From Camelus dromedarius (Eukaryota), in assembly GCF_036321535.1 (NCBI RefSeq), contig NC_087436.1, forward strand, positions 37,264,001-37,328,000: a stretch of 64,000 nucleotides of DNA, written 5' to 3'. The position numbers were made by a program, and so were the translations under genes. Within the stretch, counting starts at the first letter, position 1; each line of letters begins with the position of its first letter. The notes below the pieces were generated by a model. The model saw nothing but the letters and a program-made list of their open reading frames with translations. It was not told the DNA's origin and did not search any database. This document shows, in pieces, positions 24,281 to 38,090 of the stretch.

Positions 24281-25596
24281 GAGGCGGTTAGCGACGCAAA
24301 ATCTAGGTGTGTTCAGGATACTTGCTGCAATACCACTTTCTAAAATTATCAGAAGCTCACTCTTATGAACACACAGGTCTTTTTTCTTTATGTAAACATA
24401 GACATTAACTTAAAAGTAAAACAGCACTTTCTGAAAAGGACGGCTCTTGTGCTTAGGAAAGGGTGCCTAAGAAACGGATGGAATCCTTCCCACCGTGTGC
24501 TCTAAGAATAAACATAGGCCCTCTGGGGTGGTGTAAATGCTATCCTGTCTAGAAGCAGAAGGGAGAATGGAGGAGGTCATCGCATCCCGGCAGTGCCAGC
24601 CATTTCACAGTGCTTTGTCAGAAACAAGGAGAGCTAGTTTAGACCACGTTGAAGGTAGTTTACTGCTGACTACCTCCTCCACTCCCATTTTTTCCCCCCT
24701 GACTTTTTGACCAGGAATTTAGGCACTCTGCTGAAGGGGCTTATAATACTTCAGAAAAAGCATCTAACATTCTTTTCTCACTGAAATTCAGGTAAAATTA
24801 AAACCCAAGCCAAAATACTTCTTGAGTGTGTCCTGTATGCTGGGTGTTTTACACACGTCCTTTCCCTCAATTCTCATTATGTCCACTTTAAACAGGAAGA
24901 AACAGAGGCTTCTAGATGCTAAGTAACTTGTTCAAGGTCACCTGGCAGAGTTGGGTTTCAAACTTAAATCTACCTCCATGACTGTTCTTGACTCTAAGCC
25001 TTCCTGTGTTTTGAAGATCCATAGGTGCCAAAGCACAGAAAACACCAAGGTAATCCTGAATATTACTAAGTTTTTTTCCTGTCTTCTCAGGGTTGGCCTT
25101 TGCTTCAACGTCCAAATAACATAACTTAGCCTGCATCCCATGTCGCTGTAGCAAACCAAGTGCTTTCTGACAGCTCTAGGGGAACGTTGACATTTGCTTG
25201 ATCATCACTTCTTACCTTCAACAGCAGTTTGCTCACCTCTTGCCTTCTCTTTACAGCGACTATGCTCCAGGGGGCAACTTGGGGGCCCATCTCCATTCTC
25301 AGAAGCACAAGTGACTCTGGGTTTCAAAATTCAGAATTCTGTAAGGATGTCCAAAAGGAAGGAAGTACAATCCAGGACAGGAAGTTTTCAGCTAAGTGTC
25401 AGGTGTTGCTCTGGGACCCACACTGACGGCCTCTCTCCCTGAGCCTGGACTACCCTTGGGGCTCTCGTCTTCCCTCTTGCCTCATTGTCATGTCTGCTCT
25501 AAACCACATCTCCAGGCTTGTTAGAGAAAATCAGAAATCCCTTAAATTAATTGCAGTGATGCTGGATTCTCCCCATGGGGCAGCTTTTACATTACA

Positions 25597-26406
25597 TTAT
25601 CACCTTGGAGATATTGTGGGTTCCATTCAAGAGCACTTCGATAAGCAAATATCATAATAAAGCAGGTCACATGACTTGTTTGGATTCCTAGGGCATGTAA
25701 AAGTCATGTTTAAACTGTAGTCTATTAAGTGTGCAATAGCATTAAATCTAAAAGACAACGTAAAGGCCTTAATTAAAAATACTTTATGGCTAAAAAGTCA
25801 TCCGAGCCTTCAGCCAGTCATACTATTTTTGGTAGAGGGTCTTGCCTCAGTGTTGATGGCTGCTGACTGATCAGGGCAGTAGTTGCTGAAGATTGGGGTG
25901 ACTGCAGCAATTTCTTAAAATAAGACAACAACAAAGTCTGCCACATGAATTGACTCTTTCACAATTTCTCTGTAGTATGTAACATTTCATAGCATTTTAC
26001 CCACAGTAGAATTTCTTTCAAAACTGGAGTCAGTGGTCTCAAATCTTCCTCTACTTTATCAACTAGTTTGTCATATTTTAAATTCTTTGCTGTCATCTCA
26101 ACAATTAAGTTCATAGTCTTATATGGGCATGGTTCATGGCTCCCCAAAGCAATTACAATAATAACATTAAAGGTCATTAATTATAGATCACCAAAACAAT
26201 ATAATAATAATGAAAAAGTTTGAAATACTGCAAGAATTACCAAAATGTGACACAGAGCCACAAAGTGAGTAAATGCTGTTGAAAAAATGGCACCAGTAGA
26301 CTTCTCAACGCATGGTGGCTACAAAACTTCAATTTGTAAAAAAACAAAAAAAAAATTATCTGCAAAGCATAATAAAGTGAAACTCAATAAAAATGAAGTA
26401 TATGTG
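25597..26406 (-). mobile_element. Tigger1-family DNA transposon, internal-deletion derivative
   Basis: Ends 'accttggagatattgtgggttcc' and 'gcataataaagtgaaactcaataaaaatgaagtatatgtg' match the recalled Tigger1 termini. About 0.8 kb, no intact transposase. Confidence 0.8.
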
Positions 26407-26959
26407 TTTTAATGTTTTAGCCTGGAGTATTTGCATTTGGATTCCCTCACTAAATCCAAAATTATGTCAAGGACAAAGGAGAGAGACTATAGATGGCTTA
26501 CCTCTCTAGCCAGAGTTTATTAGCTAATTTCTCTTCCACTCAAAACAAAGAGTCTGCCCTTAAGATAAATTTTTAGTGTAATATATAGATCATAGGAAAC
26601 ATAGCTAAAAAAATCACCATTTTGTTCTTGCTTCCAGCCAGCAGGTATTCAGAAGTACTATGGCTCCTGTTGGTCCTGCCCTGAGAGAGAGCCTACAGTG
26701 TGGGCAGATATCTTATATTTGAATCTTGTGATATTTTCCATCTGTCAAATTTTCTTTTTTGCTTTTTAACTTGATTCTGCCTCTGTTGTGGTCTTGGATT
26801 CTGTCTTTCGCTTGAAGGTAAGCTGCCTTTTGAACTTCCCTTCGCCTTAGGGGCTCCCCTAGAAGAGGCAGGCCCTCTTGGAAGATTCCTTCTCAGTTCT
26901 GAACTACCCCCCAACCTCTGTCTATGGGGCTTCACAACACTCTTCTGGCCCCTGCTTTC

Positions 26960-27130
26960 CTAGTGCAGTTCCTAGACAGGGGTGCACATCAGAAATACCT
27001 GTTTAGCTTTTATAAGATCCAGATGCTCTGGTCCTCTTCCCCAGGCAGTTCTGACTCAGTAGGACTGCAGTAGAACCCAGCATCTGTGTGTATCTGAAGA
27101 GCCCTCAGATACCAGAAGCGTGTTTTTTGG
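26960..27130. mobile_element. MER5-type hAT-Charlie MITE relic
   Basis: 'tgcacatcagaaatacctg...cagatgc...ttctgactcagtagg' pattern. Confidence 0.55.
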
Positions 27131-28534
27131 GCCCACAGAGATGTTGCCACATCTTTGGAATTAGAGTAGATTTAACAGTTTATCTACTCCCATGTTCTTC
27201 ATTTAAGGTTGAGATAACTGGACTCAGAAGAGCTAATAGACTAGCCTAACGTGGTATAGTTGGCAGATGACAAAGCCAGGATTCCAACCAGGAATCCAAC
27301 CAGGCTTTCTGCCTCCAAATTTACAGATTTTTTTTTTACAAGATGATGTGTTCTTTCTTAAAGAACTGATGAAAGTTAGATCCTTTCAGATTTCATTTGG
27401 TTATTGATGGTGGTATGTAAAAAATGAAGTGAAATGAAAGTGTATTGCTCTCTTCATTACCAATTCTAAGAGCCCTAGCCAATGCAACTTTTTGTAGCTA
27501 AGCTGGTAATCAAAACACAGGGAAAACTCAAGCACAAATACTGCTTAAGCATACCTCAGAAATGTGCATTCTGAAATCTTGATTGGAAAAGATGAAACAT
27601 ATTTTAAAAATTGAATCACTTTTTTGATTTGCTGGGAAGCAAACCTGTATGTACATAGTCTCACTTTAATAATGCCACATAATAAAAGAGATTACGTTTG
27701 CATTTGTACTGATACAACTGTCTTTGTTTCCATATGAGAACTTCATTATGACATAAAATAGAAGGATAAAATGGGAAATTCAATTCAGTCATCTTAAGAT
27801 GCAGTCAGGTGGGTAACTTAGCTATCTAAAGTAAAGCAAGGGGCTCTGAATAATCAAGTAAAACTCTAGAGATTAAAAAAAATTATTTTGTGTGTGCTTT
27901 TGTAAATCAGATTTCTATGACTCTCAAAGCATAAGGACTGCTTAACTATACTGTGGCAATTTGCATCTGAAAAACGAGAAGAGGGATGCCTTCTCTTTAG
28001 ATATCACCTGGTGCCCCTCTCTCATTTTTCAGATAAAAAGATTTGAGGTCAAGGGAGGTTGTTCCTTTCTCAAAGTCACAATGGCTATTAAGAGACAGGG
28101 CCATGAGTCATGAATCTGAAGTCATTTGACTCCCAGCTGTGTCTTCTAGCCACTTGTTAGGACCCTGTGCTAACTTTTTGCACTCAAGAAGTAGTTGAAT
28201 TGCTTCCATTCTTTCCCTCCTTAATTTTGTTCTTCAAAGCCTTCAGACTCATGAAAACAATACTCTGCCTCTGATTCTGGTCTTCTGTGAAACGCACCAT
28301 ACTTATTGGTGAATACTGCACTTTTTCTGCAAATAATTATTCTTGACTACCATGTTCCAAGCACTGAGCTAGCAATGGTCCATGCCATGGTGAATAAGTC
28401 ATACTTAGTCCTGCCTTCATGTAGTTTATACTCCAGTAGGAGCCACAGATGTTAAGCAAATAAATGTTTGATTACAAATCACGTTATGTTCTATGAAGTA
28501 AAAGTGTAAGATGTTTTGAGAAGACAGAGAAACT

Positions 28535-28747
28535 TTTTTAAACTTAAAAACATTGAAATACAGTTGGTTTACAATGTTGTATTAGTTTCTAGTGTACAGC
28601 ATAGTGATTTAGTTATACATATAAATATATATATTCTTTTTCATATTCTTTCTCATTACAGGTTACTGCAAGCCATTGAATATGGTTCACTATGCTATAA
28701 AGTAGGACATTGTTTATCTATTCTGTACATAGTAGTTTGTATCTGCC
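28535..28747 (-). mobile_element. Short LINE-1 3' end inserted in an L2 relic (about 28300-28940)
   Basis: 'attgaaatacagttggtttacaatgttgtattagtttctagtgtacagc' is the L1 3' terminus seen elsewhere in the window. Confidence 0.8.
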
Positions 28748-29165
28748 AGATGAGGGAGGGAAACTTAAATTAGTTGGGGAATGAAGGAAAGGTCTTTGAG
28801 GGAATAACATTTATGGTGAGATCCAAAAGTTGCACAGGATCCAACTAAAAGAAGTAATGGGGTGAAGTGTCATCAGAGGGAGCAGCATGTGTGGAAGCTC
28901 ACGAGGTAAGGAAGAGCCTGGAGTGTTGAAAAATGGTGGGGTAGCCATTCCCTTGGGCTTCACTTGGAGCTGCTAAAAATAAGTTTGAAGTTGTATAAAG
29001 GAGATGGGTAGAATTCTGAAGAGTGGGTGTTTTGTTTTATAGAGATGAACTATTTGCAGCTCAACTTCTTAGATTAGGTTGATTCTTTTTGTTAAACCCT
29101 ACTTTGCTCTCAGAAAGGTATAAAGTACCTTTGTTAGGAGGACGTCAAAGTCTTACTGCATTTTA

Positions 29166-29929
29166 TTTATTTATTTTAATTTTTTATTTTTTAAAAATAT
29201 ATATATATACTTTTTTTATTGAGTTACAGTCATTTTACAATGTCGTGTCAAATTCCAGTGTAGAGCATAATTTTTCAGTTATACATGAACGTACATACAT
29301 TCATTGTCACATTCTCTTTTGCTGTGATCTACCACAAAATCCTGTATATATTTCCCTGTGCTACACCGTACAATCTTGTTTATCTATTCTACATTTTGAA
29401 ATCCCAGTCTGTCCCTTCCCACCCTCTGTCCCCCTGGCAACCACAAGTTTGTATTCTATGTCTATGAGTCTGTTTCTGTTTTGTATTTTTTTTTTTTAGA
29501 TTCCGCATATGAGCGATCTCATATGGTATTTTTCTTTCTCTTTCTGCCTTCTTCACTTAGAATGACATTCTCCAGTAACACCCATGTTGCTGCAAATGGC
29601 GTTATGTTGTCAGTTTTTATGGCTGAGTAGTATTCCATTGTATAAATATACCACTTCTTCTTTATCCAGTCATCTGTTGATGGACATTTAGGCTGTTTCC
29701 ATGTCTTGGCTATTGTAAACAGTGCTGCTATGAACATTGGGGTGCAGGTGTCATTTTGAAGTAGGGTCCTTCTGGATGTATGTCCAGGAGTGGGATTCCT
29801 GGGTCATCTGGTAAGTCTATTCCTAGTCTTTTGAGGAATCTCCATACTGTTTTCCACAGTGGCTGCACCAAACTACATTCCCACCAGCAATGTAGGAGGG
29901 TTCCCTTTTCTCCACAGCCTCTCCAGTTC
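29166..29929 (-). mobile_element. Young 5'-truncated LINE-1
   Basis: TSD actgcatttta at 29155-29165 and 29930-29940. ORF2 C-terminal peptides. Confidence 0.92.
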
Positions 29930-30524
29930 ACTGCATTTTAAATTGTTCTGTGGTGATTGTCACCTGAATGAGAGATACAGCTGCTTTATTGACTTTTTAC
30001 CATGTGGTCTATGCATTGGACTAGTCTGACTTCTGAATTTTCGTCTAGTTCATTTATTTTACTGCATTTCATCTTCAACTCAAATTCTACTCAATTGCTA
30101 TAAATTTTTGGATTTATATGGAAGTCACAGTATGGAAAATAAAGTCAGAAAACCATATAAATTTAGGTGAAAGAACAAAGAAATTATTTGATTTGTGGGT
30201 ATCTTGCTTCAAAATTCTCAAAGAAATATTTATTTTCAATTCAGTTTGACGTTAAATAACTGAAACAGAGCAAATCAATAATGTATTTTTCTATTTATTT
30301 TTATAACTGTAACTTAACTTTCTTGGGTTTGCTTTCCATTTCCTGGACTATTATGTACTTAATGGGAATAACAGAGGAACCTGGCAGGTCTCTTTTTGGT
30401 CCTGATCTTGAGTGACTCTAAGAGGGTTTAGAAATCTTTATTTCCATTACCAATTCACTCTCCCTCTCCAAGACATATAGTTGCACAGTTTCTTCTTTCC
30501 TCAAGGCTTTACTATTTCCTATTC

Positions 30525-31852
30525 CTTCTTTTTTTATTGAAGTATAGTCAGTTTACAGTGTTGTGTCATTTTCTAGTGTACAGCATAATAGTTCAGTCAT
30601 ATATATATATACACATATGTATATTAATTTTCATATTCGTTTTCATTATAAGTTACTGTAAGATATTGAATATAGTTCCCTGTGCTATACAGTATAAACT
30701 TGTTATTTATCTGTTTTATATATAGTAGTTAGTATCTGCAAATCTTGAACTCCCAATTTATCCCTTCCTACCTTCATCCCTCCCTCTCCAACCATAAGCT
30801 TGTTTTCTACATCTGAGTCTGTTTCTCTTTCATATGTAATTTGTCTTTTTTTAGATTCCACATATAGGTAATATCATATGGTATTTTTCTTTCTCTTTCT
30901 GGCTTGCTTCCCTTAGAATAACAATCTCCAGGTCCATCCATGTTGCTGCAAATGGCATTATTATATTACTACTCAGCAAGTGGCTGAGTAGTATTCTGTT
31001 GTGTATATATACCACAACTTCTTTATCCAGTCACCTGTCAATGGACATTTAGGTTGTTTCCATGTCTTAGCTATTGTAAACAGTGCTGCTATGAATACTG
31101 GGGTGCATGTATCTTTTCGAATTAGAGTTCCCTCTGGATATATGTCCAGGAGTGGGATTGCTGGATCATATGGTAAGTCTATTTTTAGTTTTTTTGAGGA
31201 ATCTCCATACTGTTTTCCATAATGGCTGCACCAAACTACATTCCAACCAGCAGTGTAGGAAAGTTCCTTTTTCTCCACACCCTCTCCAGCATTTATAGTT
31301 TGTGGAACTTGAATGATGGCCATTTTGACTGGTGTGAGGTGATACCTCATTGTAGTTTTGATTTTCATTTCTCTGATAATTAGCGATATTGAGCATTTTT
31401 TCTGTTGGCCATTTATATGTCTTCATTGGAGAGTTGCTTATTTAGGTCTTCTGCCCATTTTTTGATTGGTTGGTTTATTTTTTGTTATTAAATTGTATGA
31501 GCTGTTTATATATTCTGGATATTAAGCCCTTATCAGTCTCATCTTTCGCAAATATTTTCTTCTACTCTGTAGGTTGTCTTTTTGTTTTGCTTATGGTTTC
31601 CTTTGCTATGAAGAAGCTTATAAGTTTAATTAGGTTCCATTTGCTTATTTTTACTTTCATTTGTATTGCTTGGGTAGATTGCCCTACGAGAACATTGCTG
31701 AGATTTATGTCAGATAATGTTTTGCCTATGTTTTCTTTTAGGAGGTTTATAGTGTCTCGTCTTACGTTGAAATCTTTAAGTCATTGTGAGTTTATTTTTG
31801 TGTATGGTAAGAGGGAGTGTTCTAACTTTATTGATTTATATGCAACTGTTCT
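30525..31852 (-). mobile_element. 5'-truncated LINE-1
   Basis: ORF 30973-31368 ([19 protein letters not shown]...YDPAIPLL) is L1 ORF2 C-terminal. No clear TSD. Confidence 0.9.
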
Positions 31853-32218
31853 GTTTTAGTCTCATTAAAAGAGCTTGCTTTTTATTCTGCCGAGAAAATA
31901 GTAGCATTTGTGAGAGAACAACCACCTACAACCCCCATTCCCATATATTCTACTTTGCATTTAAAATGGATAAACTGTACTTCTGCCTAAAACCAACCTT
32001 CCACTTATGTGCTGGGTTCCACCCTCTTTTGCCTACACAAGTTGTTAACTCCTGTAAATATCCCCTCCTTCTCTATCGCCCACTTACTCGTCTCTTCAGG
32101 AGCATTCCTACCATTATACAAACAAGCTGCAATTTTCCCCACTTTAAAAAGATCCTCCTTTGAGCTTAAATGTTTCCTTAAACTACCACCTGTGTTCTTT
32201 GTAATTTTGCAAAGCAGT

Positions 32219-33333
32219 AAGGCAGTCCTCACCCTCACGGTTCTAATAGGCATGGATTTCAGTTACCACAGTAATAGTAAAAGTACACACTTGGCTACCA
32301 TCTCTTCAGTTCACAAATCACTTTATAAATAAAAAATGTGCATCATGATCATTAAATAATCATGTCACTTCTTTGGAAGTCTATAGGTGATTGGTGCATC
32401 TGTTATTTGGTTCACACACAGACAGCAAAATGTGAGTTGTGTTGCCTTCCAAAAATAAATCCATGTGGCATTTTACAAAAATGGATACTCTAAAGTGGAA
32501 ATTGGCCAGTGAAGATGAAATCTCATGAAAGAAAGAAGTAATGGTAATGCTGGAAGTGTAATTCAAACTGGACATCAAAGGAATTATAGAAGAAATGGCT
32601 GACCCTGGAAATGTTGATACTTCATTGTTCAAGAGATGAGATATGCAGCTAGCAGAAATGAGTAAAGGTGAACTTAACAGTATACTGGGAGTTTGAAATT
32701 TGTAGATACTGACAGGCATATGTAGAGCAGATAAACAAGATTATACTGTATAGCACAGGCAAATATATACAAGATCTTGTAGTAGCTCACAGTGAAAAAA
32801 AATGCAACAATGAATATATGTATGTTCATGTATAACTGAAAAATTGTGCTCTACACCGGAATTTGACACAACATTGTAAAATGACTATAATTCAGTTTAA
32901 AAAAAAAAGTATAAATGGGAAAAGTGGTTGTGAATAAAGATGTTCCAGAGGAACTAATGCTGGCAAACACTTCACATTAAAGGAACTCTTCGAGACATTT
33001 CATGACATTGAAAGCACAAAAGATAAAATACTGGAAGTTGATCCAAACTTAGAAAGGAATGTGAAAATTTGCATAGAAATGATGCTTTCTCCATATAGCA
33101 GGTCATATGTCAGAAAAAGGCAAGCACTGTTCAAATCTATTTTTTTTGTTCAAATCTATTATTGATAAAGTTTGACACATTAACTCCCCAACGTTTCCAA
33201 TATTTTAAAATGCAATGTACTAAATAAATATTAGTTTACTACTGATATATTTATAACCACCAGTAGGAGAGTTTTTAATGTTTTGATAAAGATTTTTAAA
33301 GATTCTGGAACAATCCTAATTTTCCCCATGATT
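32219..33333 (+). mobile_element. Tigger13a-like DNA transposon, left part
   Basis: Starts 'aggcagtcctc...cacggttctaataggcatggatttcagttaccac'. Resumes at 40052 after the L1 insertion. Confidence 0.65.
32685..32908 (+). mobile_element. Short young LINE-1 3' end inside the Tigger element
   Basis: A tail at about 32899-32908. TSD aacagtata (32676-32684) / aaaagtata (32905-32913). Confidence 0.85.
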
Positions 33334-33441
33334 TTTTTTTTTTTTTTTTGCTGAGTAATCATTTTAAAGTTGCTCTTTAAAAAAATTTTTTTTATTGATG
33401 TATAGTTGATTACAGTGTGTTTTAGGTGTACAGCAAAATGA

Positions 33442-33476
<35 letters not shown>

Positions 33477-33872
33477 TTTTTCAGATTCTTTTTCATCATA
33501 GGTTATTACAAGATATTGAATATACTTCCCTGTATTATACAGTAGGTTCTTGTTAATCTATTTTATATATAATGGTATGTATATGTTAATCCCAAACTCC
33601 TAATTTATCCCTCCCCCCTCTTTCCCTTTTGGTTACCATAGTTTGTTTTCTATATCTATAAGTCTATTTCTGGTATATAAATAAGTTCATTTGTATCATT
33701 TTTTTGGATTCTACATATAAGTGATGTCATATATTTGTCTTTCTCTGTCTGACTTACTTCACTTAATATGATAATCTGTAGGTCTGTTCATGTTCCTGCA
33801 AGTGGCATTATTTCATTCGTTTTTTTAATGGCCGAGTAATATTCTATTGGGGGCATGTTTGTACCACATCTT

Positions 33873-33949
33873 TTTTTTTTTTTTAATTTTTAAAAAAATT
33901 TTAACATTTTTTATTGAGTTATAGTCATTTTACAATGTTGTCAAATTTA
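33873..33949 (-). mobile_element. 77-bp extreme 3' end of a young L1 nested in the 3' UTR of the long L1
   Basis: TSD taccacatctt at 33862-33872 and 33950-33960. Matches the 16698 element terminus. Confidence 0.88.
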
Positions 33950-33988
33950 TACCACATCTTCTTTATCCAGTCATATGTTGATGAACAT

Positions 33989-36900
33989 TTAGCTTGTTTC
34001 CATGTCTTGGCTATCGTATATATAGTGCTGCTGTGAACACTGAGGTGCATATATATCTTTTTGAATTAGAATTTTCATCTTTCCCAGGTATATGCCCAGG
34101 AGTGGGATTGCTAGATCATATAGTAAGTCTATGTTTAGTTTTTTAAGGAACATCCATACTATTTTCCATAGTGGCTGCACAAATTTCCATTCCCACCAAC
34201 AGTTCCCTTTTCTCCACACCCTCTCCAGCATTTATTACTTGTAGAATTTTTAATGATGGCCATTCTGACTGGTGTATGGTGGTACATCATTGTAGTCTTG
34301 ATTTGCATTTCCCTGATGATTAGCGATGTTGAGCATCTTTTCATGTGCTTATTGGTCATCTGTATATCTTCTCTGGAGAAAATGTCTGTTTAGGTCTTAT
34401 GCTCATTTTTTGATTGGGTTGTTTGTTTTTCTGATATTAAGCTGTATGAGCTGTTTGTGTATTTTGGAAATTAACCTCTTGTTGGTTGCATCATTGGCAA
34501 ATATTTTCTCCCATTCCATTGGTTGTATTTTCATTTTATTTATAGTTTCCTTTGCAGTGCAAAAGCTTTTAAGTTTAATTAGGTCCCATTTGTTTATTTT
34601 TGCTTTTATTTCCATTACTCTAGGAGATGAATCCAAAAACTATTCCTACAATTTATATTAAAGAGTTCTGCCTATGTTTTCCCCTACGATTTTTATGACT
34701 TCTGGTTTTACACACAGGTCTTTACTCCATTTTGGGTTTATTTTTGTATATGGTGTTAGAGAATGTTCTAATTTCTTTTACATGTAGCTGTCCAGTTTTC
34801 CCAGCACCCCTTATTGAAGAGATTGTCTTTTCTCCATTGTATATTCTTGCCTTCTTTGTTTTAGATTAATTGATCATAAGTGCATGGGTTTATTTCTGGA
34901 CTTTCTATCCTGTGCCAATGATTTATGTGTCTGTTTTAGAGCCAGCACCATAGTGTTTTGATTACTGTAGCTTTGTAGTATAGTCTGAAGTCAGGGAGCC
35001 TGGTTCCTCTAGTTTTGCTCTTCTTTCTCAAAATTGTTTTGGCTATTTGAGGTTTTTGGTGTATCCATACAAACAGTAAATTTTTTTGTTGCAGCTCTGT
35101 GAAAAGTGCCATTGGTAATTTGATAGGGATTGTACTGAATCTGTAGATTTCTTTGGATTGTATGGTTGTTTTAATAATATTGATTCCTCAAATTCAAGAA
35201 CAGTATATCTTTCCATCTGTGTCATCTTCAATTTCTTTCATCAGCATCTTACAGTTTTCCTAGTACAGGTCTTTTGCCTCCTTAGGTAGGTTTATTCCTA
35301 GGTACTTTACTCTTTTTTTGATACAATTGTAAATGGGATTGTTTCCTTAAATTCTATTTCTGATATTTTGTTGTTAGTGTATAGAAGTGTAACAGATTTC
35401 TGTATATTAATTTTGTATCCTGCAACTTTACTGAATTCATTGATGAGTTCTAAAAGTTTTCTGATAGCCTCTTTAGGGTTTTCTATGTATAGTATGTTAT
35501 CTGCAAACAGTGACAGTTTTACTTCTTATTTTCCAATTTGAATTCCTTTTATTTCTTTCTCTTCTGATTGCTGTGGTAAGACCTCCACAACTATGTTGAA
35601 TAAAAGTGGTGAGAGTGGGCATCTTTGTCTTGTTCCTAATCTTAGAGGAAATGCTTTTAGCTTTTCAATGTCGAGCATAATGTTAGCTGTGGGTTTGCCA
35701 TATGTGGCCTTTATTACATTGAGGTATGTTCCCTCCATGCCCACTTTCTGGAGAGTTTTTCTCATAAATGTATGTTAAATTTTATCAGAAGCTTTATCTG
35801 CATCGATTGCAATAATCGTATGGTTTTTATTCTTCAATTTGTTAATGTTGAAATGATTTGTGGCTATTGTTAAAATTCTTGCATCCCTGGAATAAATTCC
35901 ACTTGATCATGGTGTATGATCCTTTTTTAATGTGTTGTTGGAGTTGATTTGCTAGTATTTTGTTGTGGATTTTTGCATCCATGTTGATCAGTGATACTGG
36001 CCTGTAATTGTGTGTGTGTGTGTGACATCTCTGTCTCATTTTGGTATCAGAGTAATGGTGACCTCATAAAATGATTTCAGAAGTGTTCCCTTTTCTGCAT
36101 TTTTTTGGGAATAGTTTCAGGATAGGTGTTTACTCTTCTGTACGTGTTTGGTAGAATTAACCTGTGAAGCCATCTGGTCCTAAACTTTTGTTGGAAGTTT
36201 TTTAATCTTTAATTTCATCTCATTACTGATAATTGGTCTGTTCATATTTTCTATTTCTTCCTGTTTCAGTCTTGGGAGGCTGTACCTTTCTAAGAATTTG
36301 TCTATATCTTCTACATTGTCCATTTTATGGCATATAGTTGCTTGTAGCAGCCTCTTAGAATCCTTTGTATTTCTGTGATGTCGGTTGTAACTTCTTTTTT
36401 ATTTCTGATTTTATTAATTTGAGCCCTCTCCCTTTTTTCCTTGATGAGTCTGGCTAAAGGTTGATCAGTTTTGTTTATCTTTTCAAAGAAACAGCTTTTA
36501 GTGTCATTGATCTGTTCTATTGTTTTTTAGTCTCTGTTTCATTTATTTCTGCTCTGATCTTTATGATTTCTTTCCATATACTAGTTTTGGGTTTTGTTTG
36601 TTCTTCTTTCTCTAGTTGCTTTAGGTATAAGCTTAGTTTGTTTATTTGTAATGTTTCTTGTTTCCTGAGGTAGGCTTGTATCACTATAAACTTCCATCTT
36701 AGAACTGCTTTTGCTGCTTCCCATAGGTTTTGGATCATCATGTTTTTGTTTTGATTTGTGTCTAGGTATTTTTTGATATATTCAGTGATCTATTGGTTGT
36801 TTAGTAGCATATTATTTAGCCTCTGTGTGTTTGTGTTTTTTGCAGTTTTTTTCTTGAAGTTAATTTCCATTCTTATAGTGCTGTGATCAGAAAAGATGCT

Positions 36901-37562
36901 TGATATGATTTCGGTTTTCTTAAATTTACTAAGCCTTGCTTTGTGGACCAGCATGTCATCTATCCTGGAGAATGTTCCATGTACACTTGAAAAGAATGTG
37001 TATTCTGCTGCTTTTGCATGGATTACTCTATAAATATCAATGAATTCCATCTGGTCCAATGCATCATTTAAGGCCTATGTTTCCTTATTGATTTTCTGTC
37101 TGGATGATCTATCCATTGATGTAAGTGGGGTGTTGAAGTCCCCCACTATTATTGTGTTCCTGTTAATTTTTCTCTTTATGTCTGTTAACATTTGCTTTAT
37201 ACATTGAGATGCTCCTATCTTGGGTACATATATATTTTAAATTGTTATATCTTCTTCTTGGATTGATCTCTTGATCATTATGTAGTGTCCTTGTTTAATG
37301 TCTCTTGTAGCAGTCTTTATTTAAGGTCTACTTTGTCTGTTAATAAATGTTGCTACTCTGGTTTTCTTTTGATTTCCATTTGTGTGGAATACCATTTACA
37401 TCTCTTCACTTTCTGTGTCTCTCAATCTGAAGTGAGTCTTGTTACACAGCAAATATACTGGTCTTGTTTTTGTATCAGTTCAGCCTGTCTGTGTCTTTTG
37501 GTTGGAGCATTTAGTCTGTTTACATTTAAGGTAATTATTGATATATATGTTCTTATTGCCAT
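33989..37562 (-). pseudogene. Disrupted L1 ORF2 (endonuclease / reverse transcriptase)
   Basis: Starts MAIRTYISIITLNVN at 37562. Fragments [57 protein letters not shown]. Many stops and frameshifts. Confidence 0.88.
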
Positions 37563-38090
37563 TTTGCTAATTGTTTTTATAGGTCTTTGTTTTTCCTCTT
37601 TCCTTCGTTTTTCTCTTCCCTTGTGATTTGGTGACCATCTTTAGTGTTGTGTTTAGATTTCTTTTTCTTGTTTTGTGTGTATATCTATTACAGATTTTTG
37701 TTTTGTGGTTACCACGAGATTTTGGTGTAGCAGTGTCTGTCTCTGTCTCTCTCTATATATACATAATTATATCTATATATAATATAGATATAATTATGTA
37801 TATATATAATTGCTTAAGTTTCTGATCTCTTAATTTCAGATGCATTTTCAAAACTCTGCATTTGTACTCTCCTCACCTCATGATTACTGTTATCATTTTT
37901 ACATCTAATTGTTTTGTGTATCTCTTATCTGCTTATTGTAGATATAGATGAGTTTATTACTTTTGTCTTTTAACCTTCCTACTAGTTTGTGTGTGGATGA
38001 TTTCTTACCTTTACTGTACGTTTGCCTTTACTGGTGAGTTTTTCCATTTCATAATATTCTTGTTTCTAGTTGTGGCCTTTTCTTTTCTGC

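Noticed and set aside
31470..31859. Hydrophobic, membrane-protein-like plus-strand ORFs (also 2912, 34326, 37285, 50851)
   Set aside because: Antisense frames of A-rich L1 ORF2, which translate as F/L/I/V-rich peptides.
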